This document shows positions 26,963 through 40,702 of a stretch of DNA of 64,000 nucleotides, piece by piece (positions within the stretch are counted from its first letter, which is position 1; each line of letters begins with the position of its first letter). The position numbers and the translations under genes are program-made. Source of the stretch: Octopus vulgaris (lineage: Eukaryota); NCBI GenBank assembly GCA_951406725.2, contig OX597818.1, forward strand, positions 34,100,001-34,164,000, written 5' to 3'. Below the pieces are notes generated by a model. That model saw nothing but the letters and a program-made list of their open reading frames with translations, did not search any database and had not been told where the DNA came from.

Positions 26963-27220
26963 TTTATTACTCTGTTACATGTAATCATTATTTATTCACA
27001 TTGTTTTGTATTGATCTTGCATTATCTTGTAACTTCAAGATTTGATGTGATTATCTAGTTTTAGAATGACATTGTAGAGTACATATGAGAGGTCAGATAC
27101 GGTCAGTTTGATCATAAAATAGATAACGTATTTGGGTTGGATATGGCCGGTTTACAAGTTAATGGGTTAAGTCCCTTATTAACTAACAATCTATAATTTG
27201 CACACCATGACACTTATATA

Positions 27221-27434
27221 CGAAGGGGTGCTGAAAAGTTCCTGGCTTTGGATAAAAGAAAATACAGGGGGGATCAGTTAATTATGATTTTATTCAACAT
27301 ATTCCCCTCTCAGATTCCCACATCGCAGCGGTCCTTCAGTTTTTCTAAGCTCTGTAAAAGAACTCGGAAGTTTGGACCTTCAGCCAGGCCTTTCGCGACA
27401 TCCTTAAAGCTAAGAAGTTTTCAGTACCCACTCG
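27221..27434. mobile_element. Mariner-type MITE
   Basis: Imperfect TIRs CGAAGGGGTGCTGAAAAGTTCCTGGCTT and AAGCTAAGAAGTTTTCAGTACCCACTCG, with a 5' TA. Confidence 0.7.
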
Positions 27435-27589
27435 TGAATACAATTAGATGTATGAGAAAACTAATCATGTTTCCTTGAATATTCTGAAAAACAATGAAAC
27501 AAAATAAAGTAACTCCAGTATTTGAATGGCAAAGCCTCCTACACGGCGTAATTTGAACTCAAAACGTGAGCATTTTCTTTTTTTTTTTT

Positions 27590-28040
27590 ACTCTTTTATT
27601 CCTTTACTTATTTCAGTCAATTGACTGCGGTCATTCTGGAGCACTGTCTTGAAGGTTTTGTTTTTAGTCAAACAAATCGACTTACGATTTATTTCTTAAG
27701 CCTGGTACTTATTCTATCGCTCACTTTTGCCAAGGCGCTAAGTTACGGGGACGTAAATATATCAACACCGGTTTTCAAGTAGTGATGAGGGGACAGACTC
27801 AAACACACACACACACACACACTCACACACCCATATATATATATATATATATACATACATTTGTGTGTGTGTGTGCGTGTTTGTGCATACGACGGGCTTC
27901 TTTCAGTTTCCGTCTACCAAATCCACTCACAATACTCTGGTCGGCCAGGGACAATAGAAGAAAGTATCACACAGTGGGACTGAATCTACAATCATGTGGT
28001 TGGGAAGCAAACCTCTTGCTGCACATCCACGCCTGCACCT
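27590..28040 (-). mobile_element. SINE family C
   Basis: Reverse-complement match. Confidence 0.8.
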
Positions 28041-28227
28041 GAAGACATTTTTGTCGCTATCAAACACCTGAAAATATTTGTTTTCTTCCGAGGAGGATAA
28101 TTTGTTTTTTCGAAAGGAGTCAAATCAATCTGAGCACATCACTCCTTCACTATCTTTATGATAAGGTGCTGTGCTATACCATGATATAGAATACCACACA
28201 CGCATGCACACATACACTCACATGCAC

Positions 28228-28320
<93 letters not shown>

Positions 28321-31164
28321 CAGAATGTACCAAGGCTGTCAAACCACAATATTCCATCTGGCTGCCTTCTACTGAAAAATATTAACAATAACTCCCATAG
28401 GAAGAACAACTTCATCCACAACAAGAACAACAAATGTTTGAAAATTAACCTTATTTTACACCCGTCTCTCACAAAACAATTTCCCACCAGGAATGTTTTT
28501 TCCGCAGTTTAATCAGTTCAATGGTTTATAAGTTTTATTTAAAACTACGTCTATTAGATTAATTCACCGTCAAATCACGACGTTGAGATATAATTTACAA
28601 TGTCCCACCGGCTCTTTAAATTGGATTAGATTTGTCGCGCGAACAAACTTAGTACAACGCCAATAACTTCATTTTAAAACTGTCGACTACAATCGGTCAA
28701 CAGTGGTCACATGATGCTTATATTTTGCTATATTCATTAGAAAAAAAATCGGCGTGAACTCTTCTAAAGTTCAAATGGAGCGTGCACTGTTTAGGCCAAT
28801 AGTTGATGTAAAAGAAACTAAAATAGAAAGAAAAAAATATAGCAGAATGCTGTTGACAAGAGTTTGGATGTGTCTGTAATTATAGACTTAGATTTTGATT
28901 GTAAGTCTATGGCTCAGTTCTGACCAATTTAGTCGCGATTTGCGAAAGTTTGGCGTTGCAAATAAAAGTTGTGTGATGAATATAAATGAGTAATGAACTC
29001 CTAAAAATATCACATTTGCCCTTTTCTCAATTGCTGCGTCGACACATTTTTTACAATAACAATATCAATAATAAAAATCGCAAAAAAAATAATTTTGTTA
29101 TATTTTTCTTGTTATTTACACCGCATTATTTTGCGTATCTAAAGCAGCATTGTTCGTGCTGTTATCATTACTGCTACTGTTACTGTGTTTTGTGGTATGT
29201 TTCGCTCTTCTTCTAAATTCGCATGTTTTTTTTGTTTTTGTTTTTTTTTTGCTTTTTTGCTTCTGTTTTCTTTTTTGTTGCGTTTGTTGTTGTTTTTATA
29301 TCTCAAGTTATCTTTTATAGCCAAAAGCTCTGTTATTAATCTATAGAAAAATAAACGCAAATTTATTAATTTTTCGAAGTTTTATGAGTTTTTTTTTGTA
29401 TATATTTTCTCTCGTCTTTATTTATAATATTGTTGATGATGATGATGATGATTTTGTTATACAGTAAAGAAACACAATGTAAGCACAAAGCTATGTAACT
29501 GTTTTCGGATTTTATTCTGTTTTGTTTTTGCTTTCCTTTGTATATTTTTACTAGAAATAATTTTAGAATTATACGTTTGCAAAACAGTTGAAAATATAAT
29601 GATAAATAATACTGGTTGTAGTGCTTTGCTTTGAGGGTCGAAGTCTCATATTGTTCATTCGTTTTATTATTAAACAGCGTGTGCGTTGACAAGATATTAT
29701 GCTTGTCACAATCTTGGTTAATAAACTGTATGATTAATACTCAGGAAAACCCTGTGACATGTAATAAAGGGTAATATTAAAAGGAAAAAAAAACAGTATC
29801 GTTCTAATAAACAGATATATACAAATTTGGATATAACTAGCGAATATATATTGTATTTCTTATTTTTAATATGAGGAATTTTTTCGGGAAGTTATATATC
29901 AAGATTATGGTAACAACACACTGGAACTTCTTAATTCATGTATGAAGTTGATACGTAGAATACACCACCACCGCTATTCAGTAAAAAAAGTAGAAAAAAT
30001 ATTTTTACCCATAGAACGCTTTTTTTCCTCCTTTACAGAAAATTTTTTTGATACTAAAAAAAAATGTCCAATAACTGACTGAATTATATAGAATGACAGA
30101 ACAATGATTCAAAAGTTACACACACACAAAGAAAGAAAATCATAAAAAAACAGGAACTTTATAACATTTATCTTTTAGCAGAAGAATTTATCGATAAACA
30201 AATGTCTAAAAGCATTTATCACTCGATAATATTATAAGCACATGATAATGGTTGAAGATTCTAGAATTATGAACTAAACAATGAAAGCACCAAATTGAGG
30301 GTTTCCATTGTATCTAATGTAAAGGTATCAAAGCATAGTAATCTATAAAGTCCTCTATAATTCTTTACAGAGTAAAAAATGTTAAAGATACTAAAATATT
30401 TAATATGCATCAGCTTTCGCAGATAGATAATCGATCACCATCAGAAGAACAAATATAATTTGTCTTTTCTAGTTATTAAAAAAAAAATAGATAAGATATT
30501 AAAGAATAATTTCTACCTATTTATCAGTATGGCGCGTGAACTATCTTGACACTTGATCTGTGGCATTATGCACGATTGATTCTATATGGTTGACAAATCC
30601 TTTTACGCTATCTTTTTCTTTTCTCTTTTTTTTTTTTTTTTTTTGCAGTTCTTCCTTCTATGTACAAGAGCATCCGTTTTTTAGAATTTCCTATCAAATA
30701 TTCTCTCGCTGTCGCTATTGAATTCAGCGATTGTTCGCAACAGAATATTCGACATGTTTACTAATAAACGCATACCGTACAAGTATATGGCCATTTCAAC
30801 AAAGGAACCTATATGTAGTCACTTATCAGCCAGAAACAACAGTCAAATAATCTGTAAAGACAATTGCTACCGCCTTTTGGAAAGTATAAGTAAAACTGGT
30901 TTATGTTATCCCACATGTCTCTATAAATATGGGTTGGTTATGGAAAGAATGCTGTTTATCATAGAATTGCTCAGACTTAATCCGGAGCTAAATAGCAACA
31001 GCAACAACAACAAGGTTATATTTATGACCACTCCGAGTTTCTAACTGAGAAAAGTTGAAAGTAATCACCAAATGATTAAGATTAAGTATATCTTGTATTA
31101 TGTTGAAGTGGAGGAAGGCAAAGTCATAGTGTCAGACCGAAAATTTAACCTCTTCCATTTACCT

Positions 31165-31394
31165 ATTTCTTTACTACCCACAAGGGGCTAAATACAGAGA
31201 GGACAAACAAGGACAGACAAACGGATTAAGTCGATTACATCGACCCCAGTCCGTAACTGGTACTTAATTTATCGACCCCAAAAGGATGAAAGGCAAAGTC
31301 GACCTCGGTAGAATTTGAACTCAGAACGTAACGGCAGACGAAATACGGCTACGCAATTTCGCCCAGCGTGCTAACGTTTCTGCCAGCTCGCCGC
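31165..31394 (-). mobile_element. Full-length SINE family A
   Basis: Complete consensus with 13-bp TSD CTTCCATTTACCT at 31152-31164 and 31395-31407. Confidence 0.92.
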
Positions 31395-31550
31395 CTTCCA
31401 TTTACCTTTAAATGAAAGTCATTGCACAGCCGAACCTAGAATATATTAAGTGATGAATGCATCAATATAAAAATGAAATGAGTAATGTATAGAAAAGGCA
31501 ATTACATGTTTATTAAAATCGCCGTTTTGTAGTATCGAAACCTTATTTTT

Positions 31551-32700
31551 TAATACCCAGGCTTACTCCCCATTTTAGTAGGAGTGCGTAGCCACAAGAC
31601 ACAAACTAGGCATTCCATTCATTTCTCAGCTCAAAGAGGCGAACCCCGTTCTATGCTCGGGTCAAGGTTAGAACGCAACCCCCAATGTTAGCAGCAGGGC
31701 CCGGCAGCATATGCTGGTTTACACCCGCCGCATCATGCTGGTTCCGTACCCTTTGGAGCAACATCAACTTCACTCATCCGTCCACAAACACTCTCCAAGC
31801 TTCCCTATCATTTATAAACTTTCTTGCCTCTAACCACCAAAGCTTTCCTCACTCCATCCATCCACACAAACCGAGATCTGTCTCTAGTTCTGTTGCCTAC
31901 CACTTCTGCCTTCATCACTCCTCTTACCATCCGCTCCTCATCCATCTTCTCCATGTAGCCAAACCACCTCAACATTCGTCTATCCATTTTGGTTGTTAGT
32001 TTTTCTCTCATTCCTGCTCGCCTTCGCACCTCCTCATTCCTCATCCTGTCCATCCGTGTCACACAAACCATAGCCCTCAAACATCTCATCTCAAACACAT
32101 CTAGTCGCCTCCTTTCCGCCTCTCTCAGCACCCACATCTCTGCACCATATAACATTGTTGGCACAATCACGCCCTCATATACACCTCTTTTAACTTTAAT
32201 ACTCAACCTTTTATCTCTTAGCATACCTTTCACAACTCCAAGTATCTTACTCTCCTCCCTCACTCTGTATCCCACTTCCTCAGTCAACACCCCTCCGCCG
32301 TCACATGTGATCCCAGATACTTGAAAACACTCACCTCCTCTAACATCTCACCATTTATACTCACATCCATCCTACCAGCCATTCCATCTCTCGAACATCT
32401 CATCACCTTACTCTTAGTTACATTCACTTTCAGTTTCCTCCTCTCACACCCTCTTCCAAACTCTACCACCAGTCTCCTCAGTTGCCCTTCCGAATGCGCC
32501 ACCGGTGCTACATCATCAGCAAGCAACAAATGACTCACCTGCCATTTCACTCCATTTTGTCCCACCATTTGGGCTCCCCTACCAAGAGTTCTAGCATTTA
32601 CCTTACTCACCACACCATCCATATATACATTAAACAGCCACGAAAACATCACGCAACCCTGTCTTAACCCCACCTTCACATCAAACGCACGCCCTACTTT
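31551..32700 (-). mobile_element. 5'-truncated RTE-clade LINE (reverse transcriptase C-half, frameshifted)
   Basis: ORF 32284-32679 has GLRQGCV...LFNVYMD, LLLADD and FKYLGS; ORF 31808-32290 has YGAEMW, FEMRCLR, RNEEVR and LRWFGY. Left boundary approximate. Confidence 0.9.
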
Positions 32701-32740
32701 CTCTATAAATACGTTTAAATTTTCTTAAAACTTATTACTC

Positions 32741-32776
<36 letters not shown>

Positions 32777-33206
32777 ATCCTCCTCATTCTCTCCTTCTCC
32801 TTCTCTCTTCTTCTTCCTCTTCTCTCTCTCTCCCTCTCTCTGCTCATATGACGAAATGGAGAACATGTTAATGTCGAAATTTTATTGAAAATATAGAGGA
32901 TTTACAATCAAATAACCTCGTCCAGTGATTATATCGTCCGGGATAGCTGTGATAATTACTTTTAAACGACATGCTTGACTATTATTATACAGTGCGAACA
33001 CTGACGGCGCCTCTGAATTCTCAAACAATTGCTTTTCGTACACCATCCATTGTACATTCTTGAAGATTTATTTACTGACACTGCCATCACTACATTGGCA
33101 AATCCACTAAGTCATGGTTTTATGATAAGTTTACAATAAGACCAAAACACGTCTGCAGTTCTATCTCGTACTTGTTAAAAAACAAAAAAATAATTCACAA
33201 TATATA

Positions 33207-33717
33207 CCGTAAATCCTCGAGTATAATCCGCATTTCTTCCCAAAATTTAAAGGTCAAAATCCCTAGTGCATATTATACACGAGGTTAAGAATGAAAATTA
33301 TTTTCTAAGTAATGTTAAAGCCTCTATTTGCTGTCCGGCAATATTTATTCAGACGCATTTTGTGATGTTGGGCGCGAAAATACCTTAAGCTAAGCCTGAA
33401 AGCAACGAAGTCATAAAAGAATCATCCATAACTTGCAGTAAGCAACATTTATTAAACGTTATTACTGTTATTTCTTTATTTTCTGCAAACATAATGCACA
33501 AAAATGCTACACATTTGCATTATGTTATATATACAATAATAATAAAGGACGTTACCGTATACATTTTTACAAACCAAGGACGTTATATAGACCTCCTTGA
33601 CTCAAGTTAGAGAAGGGGTGCGTATTATACACATGGTTTAGGTTTTTCAGAGGCACAGCCCCCTAAAAATCCCCTGCGTATTATACTCAAGGGCGGACTA
33701 TTCTCGAGGATTTACGG
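33207..33717. mobile_element. Tc1/pogo-superfamily MITE
   Basis: TIRs CCGTAAATCCTCGAGTATAATCCGC and GCGGACTATTCTCGAGGATTTACGG, TA on both sides, repeated subterminal TGC(A/G)TATTATAC motifs. Confidence 0.88.
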
Positions 33718-34346
33718 TATTCATTTTTTTCCTCACCCCCAGACAGTTACTTTGGAATGTTTACTACGTTAAATATGCTAACGATAACTTAAATATTATG
33801 TAAGCACATTGATGATGTCTTTTGATAGACCATAATAAGAATGTGACACTGTAGAATGCTGGTTTCTTTTCATATCTGATATGTTTGATCGCATATCGCA
33901 TTTGAGATAATATGAATATATCAATAAATTCGTGATTTCCCTTGGGTGAAATAGCAAAGAAACGATGTCACGGCATTAAGCTTTAAATTCAAATAAATAT
34001 GTTTTAAAGTTAAATATATTATACCTACTGAATGTTATCTGGAATCGTCTTCGTATTCCATTTTCCCAATAATGGTTCGGAGACGGCACAGTTACATTTT
34101 AAAATTTAATTTGTTCTGAGTGAAACGAAATTCAATATTGTAGCAACAATTTCGATGGGCTAATTTAAAGAAATTTCAAGAGCGGGTACAGGCGTTTGAT
34201 TATAACAACAGTTTCATATTTAATTCCAACGCAACGCATATTACGAATACATTCAGTGAAGTGAGATAATACAAAGTCGACCATGACGTGATTAGGGTCA
34301 AACAAATTTCGTACGTGTGCAGGTGCGTGTGCGCGCCATCACACAT

Positions 34347-34393
<47 letters not shown>

Positions 34394-34893
34394 TATACAC
34401 ACACACACACAAACACACAGACACACACACACAAATATATATATATATATATATACATATATATACGACGGGCTTCTTTCAGTTTCCGTCTACCAAATCC
34501 ACTCACAAGGCCTTGGTGGGCCCGAGGCTATAGTAGAAGACCATGTGGTTCGTAAGGAAGCTACTTACTACACAGTAACTCCTATATATATATATATATA
34601 TGAGTATGAGTATATATACATAAACATATACACACATACATACATACATAAATAAATGCATACATACATACATACATACATGCATACATACATACATACA
34701 TACATACATACATACATACATACATGCAAACTCGTGCAGATATATACATCAAGTATTGCTCAAGGTACCGTGCAATGGAAGAGAACCCGACATTTTGAAG
34801 TTGTGAAGCGAATTTTTTGAGCATACTTCCATGCTTGTATGTATATATGTATGTGTGGGGGGTGTTAATATATGTAAGTATGAGTTTGTATAA

Positions 34894-34939
<46 letters not shown>

Positions 34940-36159
34940 GTACGCAATAATAAACAGGGAATAAACATTAATGAGCACAAACTCGAGATAAAAAGCACTT
35001 AGTTTTAGGTATAGAGTAAAATAAAATTTAATAGAACCCGAAACTTCCCTAAAGCACATGACGAACCAAAAGATGAAACACGGAATATACTCCGCGTGTG
35101 TGTATGTGCGTGTCTGCTCACGTGCACAAACATGTAATAATATATTTCGTGATTAGACTGTCTCACGTCACATGTAAATTGAATTTGGAATGACAATATT
35201 GGACATATATTATACTATATATATATTTACTTTTGGGGTTGTATGCTTCGAGAACAGGAGTTTTTTTGTTGCAATTTGAGTCTGTTCTTCCTTTCCCCAT
35301 CTTTCCCTGCCTTTTTTCTCTCTGTCTCTCTCATTTGCTGGTTCCCTTGGACTTCTCTTCCATTCTATCTCTCTCTCTACCTCTCTCGCTCGCTCGCTTG
35401 CTTGCTCATTCGCTCTATTATCTCTGTTTCTCACACAAGTCCTAAAGCGTTCTGTTACATGTCTCTACAACAGTATTCTGAAAATATATAAATTTATCTC
35501 TCAATTGATTTAGTTCTCTCTCCATCAACAGAATAACACCAGAATAAACAGATCTCTAAAGAGTGAAAGAGAACTGGAGAGAGAAAGAGAGAAAAAGAGA
35601 AGAAAGAAACAGATGACTATGTAATCAGAGACCTACAGTTGATAAAAGGGAAGTGGGTGGGGTGAAGATGTAACACAAAGAAGCATCATCGATGACATGG
35701 TGACCTTCATGTTCCCATCTCCTCCGTTCCTGATAATGACCATCATACCATCTACTGACGCAAAGTACGTGCGCGTGTCTGCGCACGTGTACGAGCATGT
35801 ATGCGCATCCGTGCATGTAATGTAATATTTCCCGATTTGTGATTCGTTCACCACGGCAAGCACCATGAAGGCTATACATCGCTAAAGAGGACAGAAGAAA
35901 ATCGAAACAAGTTTGAAATATTTTTCACAATTTCTAAAAAGATAAAAAATTATATTCGTTACTACCCATCATTATTTCTTCACAGCATATTCAAATAACA
36001 TTTTTTTAAAGCATTAAGTACCAGTTGAGTACTGGGGTTGATGTGGTCGACTAGTCCCCTTCTCCAAATTTGAGACATTGTGTCTATAGTAGAAAAGATT
36101 AATTATAACATTAAACATTAACTATTGTTAACATCAAAGCTGTTCTATTTTTAAAAGGA

Positions 36160-36470
36160 GCACTCCGTCGGTTACGACGACGAGGGTCCCAGCTGATACG
36201 ATCAACGGAACAGCTTGCTCGTGAAATTAACGTGCAAGTGGCTGAGCATTCCACAGACACGTGTACCCCTAACGTAATTCTCAGGGAGATTCAATGTGAC
36301 GCAGAACGTGACATGGCCGGCACTTTGAAATACAGGTACGACTCATTTTTGCCAACTGGTGCAACGGGAAATAAAGTGTCTAGCTCAAGGACACAATGCA
36401 TCGCCGGCAATTGAACCTACGATCTTACAAACATGAGTCGAATGCCCTAACCACTACGCCACGCGCCTTC
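36160..36470 (-). mobile_element. SINE family B variant
   Basis: Shares GCACTCCGTCGGTTACGACGACGAGGGT...GTGAAATTAACGT with the 55413 copy; tRNA-like head at the right end. Confidence 0.8.
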
Positions 36471-37670
36471 ACAACTTGTTCTAAATTCATACGCCAAACG
36501 AATGATGTGCTCCGAATAAGATTGAAACATCTCCATAAGTATTGGTGTTGCTGCTATTGCTGCTGCTGCTGCTGCTACTACTGCTACCACAACTACAGTT
36601 ACCACCACCACTACTACTACTACTACTACCACCATTACAACTACTGCTGCCGTTGCCGTAGTTGTCTAGTTGTGGGTCAATTCTGATCGAACAAGTAGCT
36701 GTCCAAGCACGACCAACAATTCCAGTTACATTATGCCTCTCTTTAACTGAACATTCATACTAAACCATCCGACATGCTGTGACGAATTGTATATGATACG
36801 GTGTGTCAAAACACAAAGGCAACCTTATTGGTTCTTAATAAAAGTAACGTTTACAAGTTGTAACAGCGGTTACTATGGCGATCAGTCGTTACCAGAGAGC
36901 GTAAGTGTTGTAAATAAAATAGCTACAAATATAATTCGAAACATGGACACGGCTCCATATTTTCGATTATATTGCCTTCGCTTCCTATGTGAAATTAAAG
37001 ACACAACTCGTTAAAATTATGAACTTGAGTATCATAACATCGTAATATGCATGCGGTCATTCACAGGAGAAGCTGATACGAATATTGATGATTCAAAGAC
37101 GCCATCCGCATGAAAAACAATAGGTATGTTAGTGATGATATAGTTAATGCTTGGAGCGTTAAAAAAAACTAAAAATGCATAAAAGTTGAGAGAAAATGAT
37201 TAATGACTAATTTTTATTTTTGGTTTTTTATTTGGGGTGTTGTTTTATTTTTTTTTTTCATCAGACACAAATGATAACTCCGGATATGTTTATAAAAGCG
37301 GTTTTTTTTTCCCCTTTGTTCATTGATGTGTGAGTGTATTATGATGTTAATATATAGATGGTCGGATAAGAGTTGAGGAATCGTTTTCCAATTGGTTGTG
37401 ATAACCAGATGCGTGGATCAACAGCTAATGGCTTCGGTTGAGTTGTTGTCATCTTGATGAGGTAAGCGTATCGGTGTGGGTCGTTTACGGTGCAAAGGGA
37501 CTTGCAGCTGATATTATATTACTGCTTGTGCCAGTGGTAGTATTAGTGGTAGTATTTGATAATATTGTGTAACCTGGTGGCATAATGAGTGAGAACTGTA
37601 AAAGATTACAGAAAATATAGTTGTATATCTTCTCTGGAGTAGAACAATTATCATATATATATATATATAT

Positions 37671-38270
37671 ATTCTCTCTAGTTTCAGCTCACAGCTGCGG
37701 CCATGCTGATGCACCACCGTTTTGCTACACTGTTATTACTAAGAGCCTCCGCTAATATGTGGCACTTAGTGAAGAATGGAGTTTGATAAAGCTACCCTCA
37801 TTTGCACCTCTTGCCGTGGAGTAGGTTCATCTGGGACTCTCAACAGGAAGAGGTCCAGCTTTGATTTAAAAACCCCCACATCTACTTTGTGCAGGTTCCT
37901 CAAACTCTTTGAGAGAATATTAAAAAGCTGTGGGCCCCTGAAAACCAGGCTTTTGCAGTAACTGGTCCTGAAGCACGATGACGTTGCTGGGATCTTTGGT
38001 ACTATGCAGTGTCGTCCCGTTCTGGCATTAGTGTAGCTTTCAATGCCAAACTTTGTCACAATTCCTTTCAGGATCTTCCAGATATATATTATTGCATACC
38101 TCTCCCGTCTTCTCTCCAGGGAGTAGAGTCTTAACTGTTTCAACCTTTCCCAGTAGCTGAGCTATTGCAAAGAGACGGTCTTCTTTGTGAATCTTCTCTG
38201 GATTGCTTCAAGATCCGCTGTTAATTTCACACTGGTGGGTGACCATATCTATGAGCGTAATCCAGGCATA
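37671..38270 (-). mobile_element. 3' fragment of a CR1/L2-group LINE with 3' tail
   Basis: IQRRFTK...SYWERLKQLRLYSLERRRERY...FKSKLDLFL...PDEP (includes ORF 37766-38143), followed by a structured tail at 37671-37720. Confidence 0.8.
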
Positions 38271-38406
38271 TTATTATCCTCAGCCCATCTGTAAATTGAG
38301 TCCAACTCCTGCTGCAGGTGTGCTACATCGTTATATATATATATATATATATATATATGGAAAAAAAGTCAAGGTAGAAAATGCTAAAATAATTTTATAA
38401 AAAACA

Positions 38407-38448
38407 TTTCAGTATCGGTTTCAGTTATTGAGACTTTTTCAACTGTAA
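38407..38448 (-). ncRNA. Degenerate minimal hammerhead, U3:A8 core, near a Penelope-like ORF remnant
   Basis: Minus strand CAG-TTGAAAA-AGTC-TCAAT-AACT-GAAA-CCGA-TA/CTG, with one mismatch each in stems II and III. Confidence 0.55.
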
Positions 38449-38648
38449 GTATGGAAAACAATTTAATTTTAGAAAAATTAAAAGAAAAGTGCTTTAAAAA
38501 AAAATTGCATACAAAAAGAAAGGGGAGGAGGGGGAGAAGAAGAAGAATGCGGGAGTGCCATGATAGTAGTAGGATGTTAAATGGTCAAGTGCCCTGGAAG
38601 TGATTTGTTGTGGATGGTAGTAGTGACTGAATTCTTGAGATATCTCTT

Positions 38649-39233
38649 GAATGTGCCCTTCAACTCAACAACCAGGAACTCAGACATCCCAAATTAAGGA
38701 AGGATTTACAACCAAAAACCCTACCATACAAATCCATATACAACCCTCTTAACAATGAAGCCTTCGACACCATTCTTCAAAACATTCCCCTGCTAAAAAA
38801 GGACCACAGAATGAACTTAATCCTCCAAACACACACCATCATAAAAAGCAAGAGACCACCTAAATCTATGAAAAGTCTCCTAACACAAACCCGAATACAC
38901 TCAACAACAACACAGAAGCCTTCAGTATAAAAGCGCCGAAAGCTCAACTGTGGAATATGCGTCAATTTAATTGAGAGATCAGAGTTCTCCTTCAAACAGG
39001 CACAACGTATCACAGTGAAAAGCAGTTTCACATGTTCTTCGGAGAACCTGATATACGCACTAACCTGCTCTGCGTGTCAAGAGCAATACATAGGCCAAAC
39101 AAAGAAACAGTCTACGTAAAAGGATGGCTCTGCACAGATCCCAGATCAAAATTCCCCAAATTAGAAAAATAGCATTCAGCCAACACATTGGCATTTGCGC
39201 CAATAACAAAAACCCGAGCTTCAAAATTTTTAA
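38649..39233 (+). pseudogene. Penelope-like (Neptune-type) linker plus GIY-YIG endonuclease fragment
   Basis: Translation includes KSKRPPKSMKSLLT, NCGIC, FTCSSENLIYALTCSACQEQYIGQT and, after a frameshift, LRKRMALHRSQI...SQHI. One internal stop. Confidence 0.85.
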
Positions 39234-39467
39234 GTTAGCATTGATTTAATATATGATACAACACGCGTATGGAGAGGAATATTTATTTAAAAAATCTAAT
39301 ATAAATACGCAGATATATAAAACTATGGTTTCGACACCTGGGCAGTACCATTCAATCTGGCGGTGCCAACAGCACTAAGTGTTGTTTGGGAACAAACATA
39401 CTTTAGATATCACTACATTCATTCAATCTTAATTCTAGGAATATAAAAGAATATATATATATATATA

Positions 39468-39637
39468 TTTTCTTTTACTTGTTTCAGTCATTTGACTGCC
39501 GGCATACTGGAACACCGCCTTTAGTCGAACAAATCGACAAATTCTCTTTTACATACGGGGACGAAAACTCACCAACATTGGTTGCCAAGCGATGGTAGGG
39601 GGACAAACACAGATACACACGCAAATATACACATCTA

Positions 39638-39731
<94 letters not shown>

Positions 39732-40090
39732 CATGCATATATGGATAAAGGACGTAACCAACGGTGCAAATAACATGAAATACGTAAACAAACGATTTAA
39801 ATATGTAAACGAGTAAAAAACATGGAAAACAGGACAATCATACACAGAGGAAAGGACCAGTTATCAGTTATCGGCTGTCTATCTACTCCCCCTTTCGAGT
39901 ATTATACATACACACACACACACACTATACATACATACATCTATATATATATACAACGGACTTCTTTCAGTTTCTGCCTACCAAATGCACTCAAAAGGCT
40001 TTGGTCGACCCGAAGCTGTAGTAGAAGACGCTGGCCCAAGGTACTATGCAGTGGGACTGAACCCAGAACCATGTGGTTGGGAAGCAAGCT
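39468..40090 (-). mobile_element. SINE family C with an unrelated repeat (about 39740-39900) inserted in its microsatellite
   Basis: Tail at 39468-39610, head at 39955-40090. Confidence 0.75.
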
Positions 40091-40128
40091 TCTTACCATA
40101 CAGCTACGCTGTGTCAATATATATAGGA

Positions 40129-40204
<76 letters not shown>

Positions 40205-40271
40205 ATATATATATATATACATACATATTATATATATATATATTCATAATATATATATATATACATAATAT

Positions 40272-40305
<34 letters not shown>

Positions 40306-40702
40306 ATATATGGATGCACTCATATATAGTCACGCACATAAATACACATAAATATATAGATATGCAAATACACACAAATATATATATATATATATGTATG
40401 TACACGTATACTTGTATGTGTGCCTGTTTATGTGTGTATGTGCTTGTGTGTGTGTGCATTGTATGTATGCTTGATAATAATGCTCTTCTGTGTGATGTAC
40501 TTCAAACGATAGACCTTATGTGCACCAATACAATTGAACTGTATAGTAAGTTCTCACCATATGCTGAACAATTATAACACAGATGACGTCATTAAAAATC
40601 TGTATCATGAAGACTGTAAAGATGGCATCGTTTCTTTAATATTTTTAACTGTTTTATTAGTTACTCATTTTGTACATCTCTAATACAAGTGAATAGTAAA
40701 TA

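Noticed and set aside
39315-39385. Minus-strand GGCACC...GGTGTC-GAAA hairpin near the Penelope ORF
   Set aside because: The upstream core (CTGTTG) is too degenerate and stem I is absent.
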